Assembly (NCBI GenBank): GCA_963843525.1
Contig: CAWJKM010000002.1
Span: forward strand, 324,669 to 388,668
From: Ignavibacteriota bacterium
GTDB lineage: Bacteria > Bacteroidota > Ignavibacteria > UBA10030 > UBA6906
Direction of reading: 5' to 3'
DNA length: 64,000 nt
This document shows positions 56,063 through 64,000 of this stretch, in pieces. Both the position numbers and the translations under genes were made by a program. Below the pieces are notes generated by a model. It saw only the letters and a program-made list of their open reading frames with translations, did no database searches and was not told the DNA's origin. Positions within the stretch are counted from its first letter, which is position 1; the number at the start of each line of letters is the position of its first letter.

Positions 56063-58342
56063 TTGTCTGTGGCTGAACTCGACGAAGCGACCCGGCAAGA
56101 GCAACGAAAGAAGGCCGGTGACTATTTAAAGATGGCCGACAAGCTGTTCAAGGGTGGGGATCTCAACGGTGCCACCCGGCTTGTACAGATGGCCATGGCG
56201 GTCGACCCACAGAACCCGTACGTCAATGCGTATGCAGAACGGTTGAAGATCGCCGCCTCTCAAAAGGCGAGTCAATCGTTGGATGCTCCTCCGACCCCTG
56301 CTCCCCCGGCGCCTTCAGGGAGATCCTCTGGAACCGCCCCCGTGACTGCTTCAGGGACACGCCCTCCCGGCGAAAAGCCGGCAGCGCCCCCGCCGACTCC
56401 CCTGACGGCGTCCCAGCAACGTTCCATACCTCCCGACGCGCACGGCCGTGCGTTGGAACAGGAGATGCGCCGGAACGCTGAAGTCGAAGCCCGGAAGATG
56501 GCACACGATGACCAGGTCCGCAAATCTGTGGAAGATGAATACCGGCCCAAACTGGAAGAGGCGGTGCGAGTCATCGAGGACTATCGCCGCCGTCTCGAGG
56601 AAGAGAAGCGGCGGCGGACCGAGCTGGAGACGGAATACCGGGAGCTTTCGACCGCGAGGGAGGGGCAATTCCAGGAGGAATTGGACCAACGGATCGACAG
56701 CGAACAGAAACGCCTGGAGGCGGAATTCGCCGCCCGTCTGCGGGTTGAGAAGGCTGCAGTGGAGGAGGTGACGGGAAAACGGAAAGCGCAGGAGGAGCGC
56801 TCGCGTGCGCTCGAAGAAAGCCGGCGCATCATTGAAGCGGAGAAAATCCGCATTCAGCGGGAGATGGAGACGCGGCTCACGGAAGAGCGGGCACAACTCC
56901 AGAATTTGCGGGTTCAGGAGGAGGCGGCGTTGGCCGAACGGAGGAAAACCGCAGAGCTGCAGCTCAGGCAGCTTCAGGAGGACCTCCACCGGAAAATGCA
57001 GGAAGAATTAAGCGCGACGCGGGACCGTCTGGAAGAGGACGCGCGCCGGCAACTCGCCGCGGAACATCGCCGGCTCGAGGAAACGCGTGCACGCGAATCT
57101 GCCGAAGCAAAAGAGGCCCATCGTCATTTTGAAGAGGAGACGCGGCGTCGGATGGAAGAGGAACTCGCGAAACGGCTTGCGAAAGAACGCGCGAACCTCG
57201 AAGCCGAAACGCGCCGTCAATTGGACATCGAACGCGTTCGCATTGAGGAAGACGCATACCGGAGAGCAGAGGAGGCGGGGAAGGCCCAACGGGATGAGCA
57301 GGAACGTGTGGCCGCGGAATTACGCGCAAAAGCTGAGGAAGAACGGCGAAGAAAGGAAGAAGAGCAGGAACGGCAGCTGCGATCGGAGGCCGAAGAAACG
57401 CGACGGTACGAGGAGGCGGTCCGGCAGGCAATTGATGAGGGAAGGCGTGTCGCGCAGGCGAAAACGGTCCGGGGGTACCTCGACCAGGCGGCGATCGCTC
57501 TCGAGAACCAGCGTTTCGACGAAGCACTTCAGGATATTACCAGGGCTCTCCGTCTTGAACCTTCGAACCCCGAAGGCCAGGAACTTGAAAAACGGGTCTA
57601 CGCGGTCCGCGATGAAACCTCCCGCCAGAAGGAACAGCAGGAGCGCAGAACCGAACAGCGTCGTCGTCTCGAGGAACTCCAGCGACGTCTCGAGGAACAG
57701 ACCAAACGCGATGCCGAAGAACAGAAGGCGCGGGCGATCCGTGAGGCAAAACTCGCCGCACTTCTTCGCCGGACCAAGGAGCTTCAACGGTCAGGGCAGT
57801 TTGAAGCCGCACTGAAGGAGCTCAATAACCTCTATCAGATCGATCCGGGGAGTCCCGCGGGCCGCGAAATTGAAATCGGCATAATTGCGACGCAGCAATC
57901 GCGGGTGGACGCGGAGGCAATCTCCGCCCGGAGATCTGCGGAGAGCGAAACGTGGCGAAGAGAGGAAGAAGGTCGTGAACTGGAGCGTCAGGCAGATCGC
58001 GAACGATTGAAGCAAGATGCGTTCGAGTCCTACCGGAGCATGCTCAAGCAGTCCTGGGTCAACGGAATTCCCGCGAGCGACGAGCGCGCAATGATTGAAG
58101 TAATCCGGCTTTCGCTCGGAATCTCGGATGAGGACCGCGACTCGCTGGAAAAAGAGATTCGGGCGGAATGCTATGCAGACGCTTTCCGGTCGGCGCAACG
58201 CAACGGTATTGTTGTCGCAGACGACGAACACGCGCTCGCGCCCCTGCGGCAGGTCTTCGACCTCCAGACAGACGAGGCACGACAGATCGAGGCGGACGTC
58301 CTTCGTGAAACCGAGACGCGCACCTCCTCGGCGGTCGAGTAG
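56063..58342 (+). CDS. Large coiled-coil protein: TPR-like ends flanking about 450 aa of E/R/A/K-rich (ER-repeat, single-alpha-helix-like) sequence
   Basis: No ATG until 56132; the ORF-track start is a TTG at 56063 and a GTG follows at 56069. The central region is an extremely charged heptad-like run (EEEKRRRTELETEYRE...), with TPR-like helices at both ends. Confidence 0.55.
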   Translation: MSVAELDEATRQEQRKKAGDYLKMADKLFKGGDLNGATRLVQMAMAVDPQNPYVNAYAERLKIAASQKASQSLDAPPTPAPPAPSGRSSGTAPVTASGTRPPGEKPAAPPPTPLTASQQRSIPPDAHGRALEQEMRRNAEVEARKMAHDDQVRKSVEDEYRPKLEEAVRVIEDYRRRLEEEKRRRTELETEYRELSTAREGQFQEELDQRIDSEQKRLEAEFAARLRVEKAAVEEVTGKRKAQEERSRALEESRRIIEAEKIRIQREMETRLTEERAQLQNLRVQEEAALAERRKTAELQLRQLQEDLHRKMQEELSATRDRLEEDARRQLAAEHRRLEETRARESAEAKEAHRHFEEETRRRMEEELAKRLAKERANLEAETRRQLDIERVRIEEDAYRRAEEAGKAQRDEQERVAAELRAKAEEERRRKEEEQERQLRSEAEETRRYEEAVRQAIDEGRRVAQAKTVRGYLDQAAIALENQRFDEALQDITRALRLEPSNPEGQELEKRVYAVRDETSRQKEQQERRTEQRRRLEELQRRLEEQTKRDAEEQKARAIREAKLAALLRRTKELQRSGQFEAALKELNNLYQIDPGSPAGREIEIGIIATQQSRVDAEAISARRSAESETWRREEEGRELERQADRERLKQDAFESYRSMLKQSWVNGIPASDERAMIEVIRLSLGISDEDRDSLEKEIRAECYADAFRSAQRNGIVVADDEHALAPLRQVFDLQTDEARQIEADVLRETETRTSSAVE

Positions 58343-58406
58343 AACCCCCCATCGTCCGCAGCCCCTGCCGGCCTTCCTGCAGCGGGTGCGGGCCTCCGCC
58401 CTCCAT

Positions 58407-59270
58407 TCACGGCGCGCGCTTCGCGAGCCGTCCCGCAAGTGACCTTCTGTACAGAACGCACGTCCACCACACAAGATTCATGAATACAAGGTTGAACAGC
58501 AGGTACTGCGGAAGGGCGTCGAAGAGCGAGAAGAGCACGAGCACGATGTTCTCTGTGCCAAGTCCGAGGAACCCCGACCACCGTATGCCCACCCGATCCC
58601 CATACCAGGCCTCGTCACTCCCCCGCAGTCCTCGTTTTGCCCAGCGATCGAGCCGGACCATCATTGCATCCTGCCAGCCGTAAAGAAACAGAAAGATGCG
58701 TTGGAGCCGCCGGGTCCAGGGATCCTCGTTCAAATCCTCGGGCCGGATCTCCTCTGTTGTCCTGTTGATGGTATAGGAATTTTCGAGATGGAGGAACGAG
58801 GTGTGGTACAGCACGTGATAGGAGATGTGCAGGACGACCGAAAGAAATGCGAAGAGGGCCAGAAGAAGATACAGGTACGAACCTTCGTGCCTGCTCACAG
58901 AGATGCCGATGGAAACGAATATCGAAAGGCTGACAAAGAAATCGCCGATCGAATCGAGAAACCTTCCTTTTCTGCTGTATTGTTCCCGCGCACGCGCCAG
59001 CTGGCCGTCGGCTGCGTCGAGTGCGTCCTTTGCCAGGAGAAGGACCCCTGCGACTTGCGTCGTTGTCGTGGTGCCACCGGAGTAGACCCATGCACTCAGA
59101 AAACCGACAAGGATTGCCGCGACGGTGACCTGGTTCGGCGTCGCCGGGGTCGGGTACAGGATTCTTACCAGCACGCCGGCGATCGGCCGGACAAAGTACA
59201 CGTTGATCAATTCATCGGATTGATCGGATTTCTTTGACCGGCTGTAGGAATAGGGCTTCCGTGTTTTCAT
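58407..59270 (-). CDS. CDP-alcohol phosphatidyltransferase family membrane protein
   Basis: Conserved motif D-G-x2-A-R-x8-G-x3-D-x3-D: DAADGQLARAREQYSRKGRFLDSIGDFFVS. Polytopic membrane protein. ATGA overlap with the upstream nucleotidyltransferase. Confidence 0.8.
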   Translation of the reverse strand: MKTRKPYSYSRSKKSDQSDELINVYFVRPIAGVLVRILYPTPATPNQVTVAAILVGFLSAWVYSGGTTTTTQVAGVLLLAKDALDAADGQLARAREQYSRKGRFLDSIGDFFVSLSIFVSIGISVSRHEGSYLYLLLALFAFLSVVLHISYHVLYHTSFLHLENSYTINRTTEEIRPEDLNEDPWTRRLQRIFLFLYGWQDAMMVRLDRWAKRGLRGSDEAWYGDRVGIRWSGFLGLGTENIVLVLFSLFDALPQYLLFNLVFMNLVWWTCVLYRRSLAGRLAKRAP

Positions 59271-59986
59271 AATCCCAGGGTCAAAGCAAGTGCCGAGGCC
59301 ACCCGCAGGTCGTCGGGCGTATCGATTTCCATGCAGGGGAGTCCTTGCGTCGAAACCGCCGCGATTCGCGCCCCCCTGTCGATGATCTCCTGAAATGATG
59401 CCTCATAGAATTCGTCCTGTTCCTTGCGCCGGTCGAGGACGCGGAAGAGCTGCCGTGCAGTCTCCCGGCTGAACATCTCGATCCCGATCGATTCGCCTGC
59501 CGCCCGTGAAGGTGTAATTGCCTTGCCAATCTGGCGGACATACGGCCCGTCGAGTGCCACCTTGATTTCTTCTGCGCCCAGCCGGTCGTCTTCTCTCATG
59601 AGAAGTGCATCGGGAACCGGGCTGGCAAGGAGGAGGTGAAGGAGGTGAGGATCAAAGAGGATATCGGCGTCAAGGAGAAGGATGCTGTTGTCGCCGGTCT
59701 CCCGGCCCGCCAACCAGAGAGAATAGTTGTTGTTGGTGGTTGCGTACTTCTCATTGTGGACAAAACGCACGGGCATCGCAAGCCCGAGCGAGCGAACAGC
59801 TTCCTCGACAAGCGGTTGAAGATATCCGGTGACGAGAACGCACTCGGCAAGTCCCGCCGATTGAAGCGCAGAGAGGGTTCGTGGAAGAAGAGATTGGTGC
59901 CCGACGGGGAGAAGGCATTTCGGCAGGTGATCGGTAAGAGGGCGCATCCGGGAACCAACACCCGCTGCCAGAAGTATGCCGGTCAT
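59267..59986 (-). CDS. Sugar/alcohol-phosphate nucleotidyltransferase (NTP_transferase fold; LicC / IPCT-like cytidylyltransferase)
   Basis: N-terminal MTGILLAAGVGSRMRPLT (GxGxR(x)nP NTP-binding motif). 239 aa. Sits between the aminotransferase and a CDP-alcohol phosphatidyltransferase. Confidence 0.8.
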   Translation of the reverse strand: MTGILLAAGVGSRMRPLTDHLPKCLLPVGHQSLLPRTLSALQSAGLAECVLVTGYLQPLVEEAVRSLGLAMPVRFVHNEKYATTNNNYSLWLAGRETGDNSILLLDADILFDPHLLHLLLASPVPDALLMREDDRLGAEEIKVALDGPYVRQIGKAITPSRAAGESIGIEMFSRETARQLFRVLDRRKEQDEFYEASFQEIIDRGARIAAVSTQGLPCMEIDTPDDLRVASALALTLGL

Positions 59987-59991
59987 GGATC

Positions 59992-61059
59992 CTACGCATT
60001 CTCCGGATTCATGACGGACAGATGAAGCCGCCGCGCGGCGACCTCTTTGAACGCGTCGATGACCCGTGTATTCTGTTCGGAAGTGCCAATCGTGATCCGG
60101 ATGCAGTCTTCCAATCCCGGGTCGTCAAGGAATTTCACGATGATTCCGGCCCGCTCCAATCCCTCTTTCATCTCCCGTTTTCTGTCGACCGGATAGCGCA
60201 CCAGAAGGAAATTTGCATCGGAGCGAAATGGTGTGAACCCTTCAATGGTCGCAAGTTCCCGGGTGTACCTGAGCATGTCCTGGTGCATCGCCGTTGCCAT
60301 CGAAGTGTAATAGTCAGGCTCATCAAGTGCGGCAAGGGCAATCTTTTCGGAAAGCTGGTTGTACCCGAGATACCGCGCGCTGAACGTCACAAGCTGCTCA
60401 AGGTCTTCGCCGGCGCACGCATAGCCGATCCTCAATCCCGCGAGGGCATAATATTTCGAAAACGTTCGCAGAACCAGGAGACGGTCGTAACGCGCGAGAA
60501 GCTTGCCCGGGTGGCTGGTGCCATTGCCGGCGAACCCATGGTACGCTTCATCGAGGACGATGATCGAGGAGGCGCAATGATCCACAATATGGTCAAGGGC
60601 CTCCGGGGAGAGGCTGTTGCCCGTGGGATTATTGGGGGATGCGATGAGGATCACGCGCGGACGGTGGAGGTCATAGAGGCGAAGGATCTCCTCTTCGTCA
60701 TGTTCGAACCGGCCGTTTCGCTCCCTGATCGAATAGTGTTCTTCGCGCCCGAAGACTTCTTTTGCCACCGATTTGTAGTACCACCATGACTGGTTGGGAA
60801 GAAGAATTACCTCGTCCCGGTGAAGATAGCAGTGGACGACCTGTTTCAGCATATCCTCGCTGCCGTAGCTGAGGAGGATTTGTTTCTCCGGAATGCCCAG
60901 GTCGGTGCTCAATCGTTCCGAGAGCTCGCTCTTCTTCCCGCGCATATAGGAGCGGGAATAAAGACTGAGCTGTTCCAGCCGCGCTTCCCGCAGGACCCGA
61001 TAGCACGAGGGTGCTGGCCCGTACTGGTTCTCGTTTCTGTCAAGATAGAGGGTAGTCAT
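59992..61059 (-). CDS. HisC/CobD-family PLP-dependent aminotransferase or decarboxylase (class I/II aminotransferase fold)
   Basis: LDRNENQYGP N-terminus is typical of histidinol-phosphate aminotransferase / threonine-phosphate decarboxylase. PLP lysine in RTFSKYYALAGLRIGY. Start ATG 61059; the ORF-track start is 61200. Confidence 0.8.
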   Translation of the reverse strand: MTTLYLDRNENQYGPAPSCYRVLREARLEQLSLYSRSYMRGKKSELSERLSTDLGIPEKQILLSYGSEDMLKQVVHCYLHRDEVILLPNQSWWYYKSVAKEVFGREEHYSIRERNGRFEHDEEEILRLYDLHRPRVILIASPNNPTGNSLSPEALDHIVDHCASSIIVLDEAYHGFAGNGTSHPGKLLARYDRLLVLRTFSKYYALAGLRIGYACAGEDLEQLVTFSARYLGYNQLSEKIALAALDEPDYYTSMATAMHQDMLRYTRELATIEGFTPFRSDANFLLVRYPVDRKREMKEGLERAGIIVKFLDDPGLEDCIRITIGTSEQNTRVIDAFKEVAARRLHLSVMNPENA

Positions 61060-61096
61060 AGACCGATGCCCATTGGAAGGAAACCGACGATTTCTT

Positions 61097-61309
61097 TCAA
61101 GCAGAGATTTGTTCTTCTTGCGCGCTGACCGTCTCCAGCGCGAGATCCAGACGGTGTTGAACGGCCCGTTGCCAGAGCTGCATGCCGATGAGGTACACAT
61201 TTCCGGCGGTTGCGACGATCCAGCAAAACACTCCCGGATCCCCCGCCAGCGCCGCCAGGATCAGCCCGGTCCGGTTTGTGGTGGCGCCGAGAATAGTCCA
61301 CCATCGCAT
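61097..61309 (-). CDS. Possible small two-TM membrane protein within the operon gap (low confidence)
   Basis: MRWWTILGATTNRTGLILAALAG...VFCWIVATAGNVYLIGMQLW. It fits the gap between the CDP-alcohol transferase stop and the aminotransferase start. No homology is recognised. Confidence 0.3.
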   Translation of the reverse strand: MRWWTILGATTNRTGLILAALAGDPGVFCWIVATAGNVYLIGMQLWQRAVQHRLDLALETVSAQEEQISA

Positions 61310-61319
61310 GGGTTTTGCA

Positions 61320-61997
61320 TTATACGTCCTGAACAACTCCGGCGGGACGAGGCGTTTCTCTCCGGAGTCGTTCGGACCGGGCCTGAAGTGCCATGTATCT
61401 CAGGTAGATCTGGAGGGCAAGCCGTTTTCCGATCCATACCCCCGATTCTTCACTGCGCTGCAACTCTTTTTCCGCTCTTGCGAATTCGTCGGCGAGAAAA
61501 TTCGCTTTCCCCTTGATGGCCGCGATATACGCCTGCTGGCGATAATCAAATACGATGGCATGAAGGGCCGAGGTAAAGCCCCCTGCGGCGGCCAGCCACC
61601 ACATGGACGGGTCGCTCGTGTATTTCGTGAGGCCTACTCCTACACCAACGAAGATTGCCACGCTGAGTGCCCAGTCGGCAACGCCGTCGACGAGCCGGCC
61701 GAAAGGACTGCCGCTATTCTGAAGTCTGGCGAGCATTCCGTCGGCGCAGTCGAGAACGTTCGCGATTGCATACCACATTCCTGCAAATGCAAAACCGGAA
61801 ACCGTTCCCTGTGCGAAACACCACGCAGATGCAAAACCCGCGAGAAGGGAAAGAAACGTTACCTGGTTCGGCGTGACTGGAAGACGATAAATGGTCTTCA
61901 CAAAGACGAAGGCAATGGGTCTGTAGAAGAAGAGGTCTAAGACCTCCTCAGCTTCGGCCATCTTGAGAGAAATCCGGTATTCTGATAGGAGAGACAT
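61320..61997 (-). CDS. Second CDP-alcohol phosphatidyltransferase family membrane protein (paralog)
   Basis: DCADGMLARLQNSGSPFGRLVDGVADWA matches DG-x2-AR-x8-G-x3-D-x3-D. The N-terminus RPIAFVFVKTIYRLPVTPNQVT parallels the other paralog. Start is uncertain (ATG 61997 or 61961). Confidence 0.75.
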   Translation of the reverse strand: MSLLSEYRISLKMAEAEEVLDLFFYRPIAFVFVKTIYRLPVTPNQVTFLSLLAGFASAWCFAQGTVSGFAFAGMWYAIANVLDCADGMLARLQNSGSPFGRLVDGVADWALSVAIFVGVGVGLTKYTSDPSMWWLAAAGGFTSALHAIVFDYRQQAYIAAIKGKANFLADEFARAEKELQRSEESGVWIGKRLALQIYLRYMALQARSERLRRETPRPAGVVQDV

Positions 61998-62135
61998 TAT
62001 TGATCCCGTGTGCAATTTACAGGTTTTTCCTAAATACGCAAGGAACCGTATTTACTACGTCTTGAAAATTGGCTATATTGAGGAGAGTTTGGGAAAACAA
62101 CGAACAAACTGAGAAAGGGTTTTTGACAACTTACC

Positions 62136-63230
62136 ATGGCATCGAATAAACTACGCAGAATCGGAATACTGACAGGTGGTGGAGATTGCCCGGGCCTGAA
62201 CGCGGTCATTCGCAGCGTTGCAAAGCCCGCTATGGCGCACTTTGGAACGAAGGTTATCGGCATTCAGGATGGATATGAAGGTTTTGTTGAGGGGCGTGCA
62301 CACGAGCTCACGCCGATTGATGTGTTGGGAATCATCAACCAGGGCGGGACCATTTTAGGGACCTCGAACAAAGGTGATCCTTTTCACTTCCCGATGGGAG
62401 AACGAGGGAATATCCGGATTGTCGACGCTTCCGACCAGGTGATTTCCCATTATCGGAACTGGCAACTGGATTGCCTGATCGCGATTGGAGGGGATGGAAC
62501 GATGACCATCGCGCACAAGCTCTCGGAGATGGGCTTGAACGTCATCGGGGTTCCCAAAACCATCGACAACGATCTCGATGCAACGGATATTACCTTCGGT
62601 CACGATTCAGCACGCGCCGTGGCGACTGAAGCAATTGACAGGCTTCAGACAACGGCGTCGGCGCACCACCGGGTCATCGTCGTGGAAACCATGGGGAGAT
62701 ATGCGGGGTGGATTGCCCTCGGAGCCGGGGTTGCGGGAGGATCGGACATCATTCTCATTCCGGAAATCCCATTTTCATGGGACAAGATTTTTGACTCCGT
62801 TCTCAAACGGAGCAAAGGGGCGAAATTCAGCATCGTCTGTGTTGCCGAAGGCGCAAAACCCAAAGATGGCCAGATATCGGTCAAAGAGATGGACATTAAG
62901 CGGACTGATCCTGTTCGGCTGGGGGGGATCGGTGAACTGGTGGCAAAGCGGATCGAAGATGAGACGGGGCTGGAAACACGCGTGACAGTCCTCGGCCACG
63001 TCCAGCGCGGTGGTAGCCCGACGCCCTATGACCGTATTCTTGCCACCCGATTCGGCACGGTGGCTCTCCAGGCCGCCTCCAATGGAGAATTTGGGGTCAT
63101 GACCAGCCTGCAGCGCGACCAGGTGGGTACTGTCCCATTGAAGGACGCCATAGGCAAGCAGCGGATCGTCCCTATGGATCACCAGCTTCTCTTTGCTGCC
63201 CGGGCGGTCGGCACCTGCATGGGTGATTAG
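62136..63230 (+). CDS. pfkA: 6-phosphofructokinase (PfkA family)
   Basis: GILTGGGDCPGLNAVIR, GGDGT and MGR motifs. The GDG(T) Gly is ATP-PFK-like, but the Lys in PKTIDNDL is at the position associated with PPi-PFKs. Confidence 0.9.
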   Translation: MASNKLRRIGILTGGGDCPGLNAVIRSVAKPAMAHFGTKVIGIQDGYEGFVEGRAHELTPIDVLGIINQGGTILGTSNKGDPFHFPMGERGNIRIVDASDQVISHYRNWQLDCLIAIGGDGTMTIAHKLSEMGLNVIGVPKTIDNDLDATDITFGHDSARAVATEAIDRLQTTASAHHRVIVVETMGRYAGWIALGAGVAGGSDIILIPEIPFSWDKIFDSVLKRSKGAKFSIVCVAEGAKPKDGQISVKEMDIKRTDPVRLGGIGELVAKRIEDETGLETRVTVLGHVQRGGSPTPYDRILATRFGTVALQAASNGEFGVMTSLQRDQVGTVPLKDAIGKQRIVPMDHQLLFAARAVGTCMGD

Positions 63231-63356
63231 GAAGACTGCTTTCCTGTCAGAGATGAAAAGAAGAACGGCGGCCGGGTTTCCGGGCGCCGTTCGTATTATC
63301 CACCGGTGGTCCCACCGGTCGTAGCGGGCCGGCCGCAGGTCGCGTGTATCGTCCCG

Positions 63357-64000
63357 CTACCGCACCTCGACGCGCACGAGCGTCATGTCATCCCGGGGTT
63401 CCTGATCAAGGGCAAATTTCCTGACCTTCTCAAAGAGGGAGGAGATTTGCGTCGTCGCATTCCGCCGTGTCTCCATCACATCAGACATGAAACGGTCCAC
63501 GCCGTACTCCTCATCCCGGCGGTTCACGGTTTCGGTGATTCCATCTGTATAGATGATGTAGATATCTCCCGGGATAAGCGGCCGGTCCACCTCGATGAAC
63601 TCGATGGACTGTTTTACCCCCAGGGGAAGTCCGGGGGTTCTCAGCACCTCGCATGCAGCATCTCCCGCACGGATGATCCCCGGATGACCCGCCGTCGTCA
63701 TGTGGACCATCTTCGTCCCCGCATCAAAAAACAGGCATGCCATACTCACAAACATATTCTTCTCCGTCAGGTCCGTCAACGTCCGGTTGAGTTTTCCGAG
63801 CAGGTGGGAGGGAGAATGGGCCTCCGTGAGATGGGCATGCAGGGCGCTCTTCGTCATGACCGACACCATCCCGGCTCCTGTCCCGTGGCCGGTAACGTCC
63901 GCGACAATGACCACGATCGATTCGTCGGGAAGAGCAATCACATCGAAAAAATCCCCCGCCACTTCAGATGCGGTGACGGTCTTCCCGTCGACGGAACAGA
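63357..64000 (-). CDS. SpoIIE/PP2C-family serine phosphatase (RsbU-like), 5' end beyond window
   Basis: AGDFFDV...VADVTGHGTGAG...IYTDGITE are PPM/SpoIIE motifs. The frame stays open upstream through the window end (…SVDGKTVTASE-VAGDFFD). The ORF-track start at 63962 is a GTG. Confidence 0.75.
   Translation of the reverse strand, partial: CSVDGKTVTASEVAGDFFDVIALPDESIVVIVADVTGHGTGAGMVSVMTKSALHAHLTEAHSPSHLLGKLNRTLTDLTEKNMFVSMACLFFDAGTKMVHMTTAGHPGIIRAGDAACEVLRTPGLPLGVKQSIEFIEVDRPLIPGDIYIIYTDGITETVNRRDEEYGVDRFMSDVMETRRNATTQISSLFEKVRKFALDQEPRDDMTLVRVEVR

Noticed and set aside
56351-57527. Several minus-strand ORFs within the coiled-coil gene
   Set aside because: Antisense translations of GAR/CGN-rich repeats (L/R/P-rich). 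No independent signals.
61182-61940. 252-aa plus-strand ORF
   Set aside because: Antisense to the second CDP-alcohol phosphatidyltransferase. R-rich.
1-64000. Search for tRNA/rRNA/CRISPR/IS elements
   Set aside because: No T-arm GGTTCGAATCC-type motifs, no repeat-spacer arrays and no transposase or integrase-like ORFs were recognisable by eye. A tRNAscan/Infernal run would be needed to be certain.

Overview
High-GC (~60-65%) chromosomal segment that reads as densely packed coding sequence on both strands. Several signatures point to an FCB-group bacterium (Bacteroidota/Ignavibacteriota/Chlorobi-like): three secreted proteins ending in the T9SS C-terminal sorting domain (NYPNPFNP...VYxxxGxxV...GxY), a complete MoxR-DUF58-BatABCDE aerotolerance operon, and SD-poor starts on some genes. 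I could not find rRNA, tRNA, CRISPR, transposase or integrase genes by eye; I searched for T-arm motifs only by eye. In order along the window: a chitin/GlcNAc utilisation set (partial GH18 chitinase, T9SS cargo, GH3 NagZ-like with T9SS tail, glutaminase-A-like putative GH); two tandem signal-less HtrA-like S1C/PDZ proteases translationally coupled to a LuxR regulator whose receiver domain is degenerate and interrupted by a 1-nt frameshift in a G5 run; a 1056-aa multi-PAS HisKA_2 sensor kinase with no cognate response regulator gene adjacent; a DUF2279 / small OM beta-barrel / PAP2 / PAP2 envelope cluster; a pgl-glk-ppx-CHAD-sixA polyphosphate/sugar-phosphate operon; a DUF2723 membrane glycosyltransferase-like giant; the Bat operon; lplA with PDH E1-E2-E3; gpx, DksA/TraR-like, YXWGXW-repeat protein, orphan GroES-like; fbaB, cspA, a CN-hydrolase preceded by a terminator-containing leader; queF; a thioredoxin-like lipoprotein; two giant low-complexity TPR/coiled-coil proteins; and pfkA and a SpoIIE/PP2C phosphatase at the 3' end. 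My best candidate for an undescribed system is a tight minus-strand operon (58407-61997): CDP-alcohol phosphatidyltransferase, small membrane ORF, HisC/CobD-family PLP enzyme, LicC-like nucleotidyltransferase, second CDP-alcohol phosphatidyltransferase. That gene content predicts synthesis of a CDP-activated amino-alcohol phosphate and its transfer onto lipid, i.e. an unusual polar lipid head group. All calls come from reading the six-frame translations and the DNA directly; no database searches were run.
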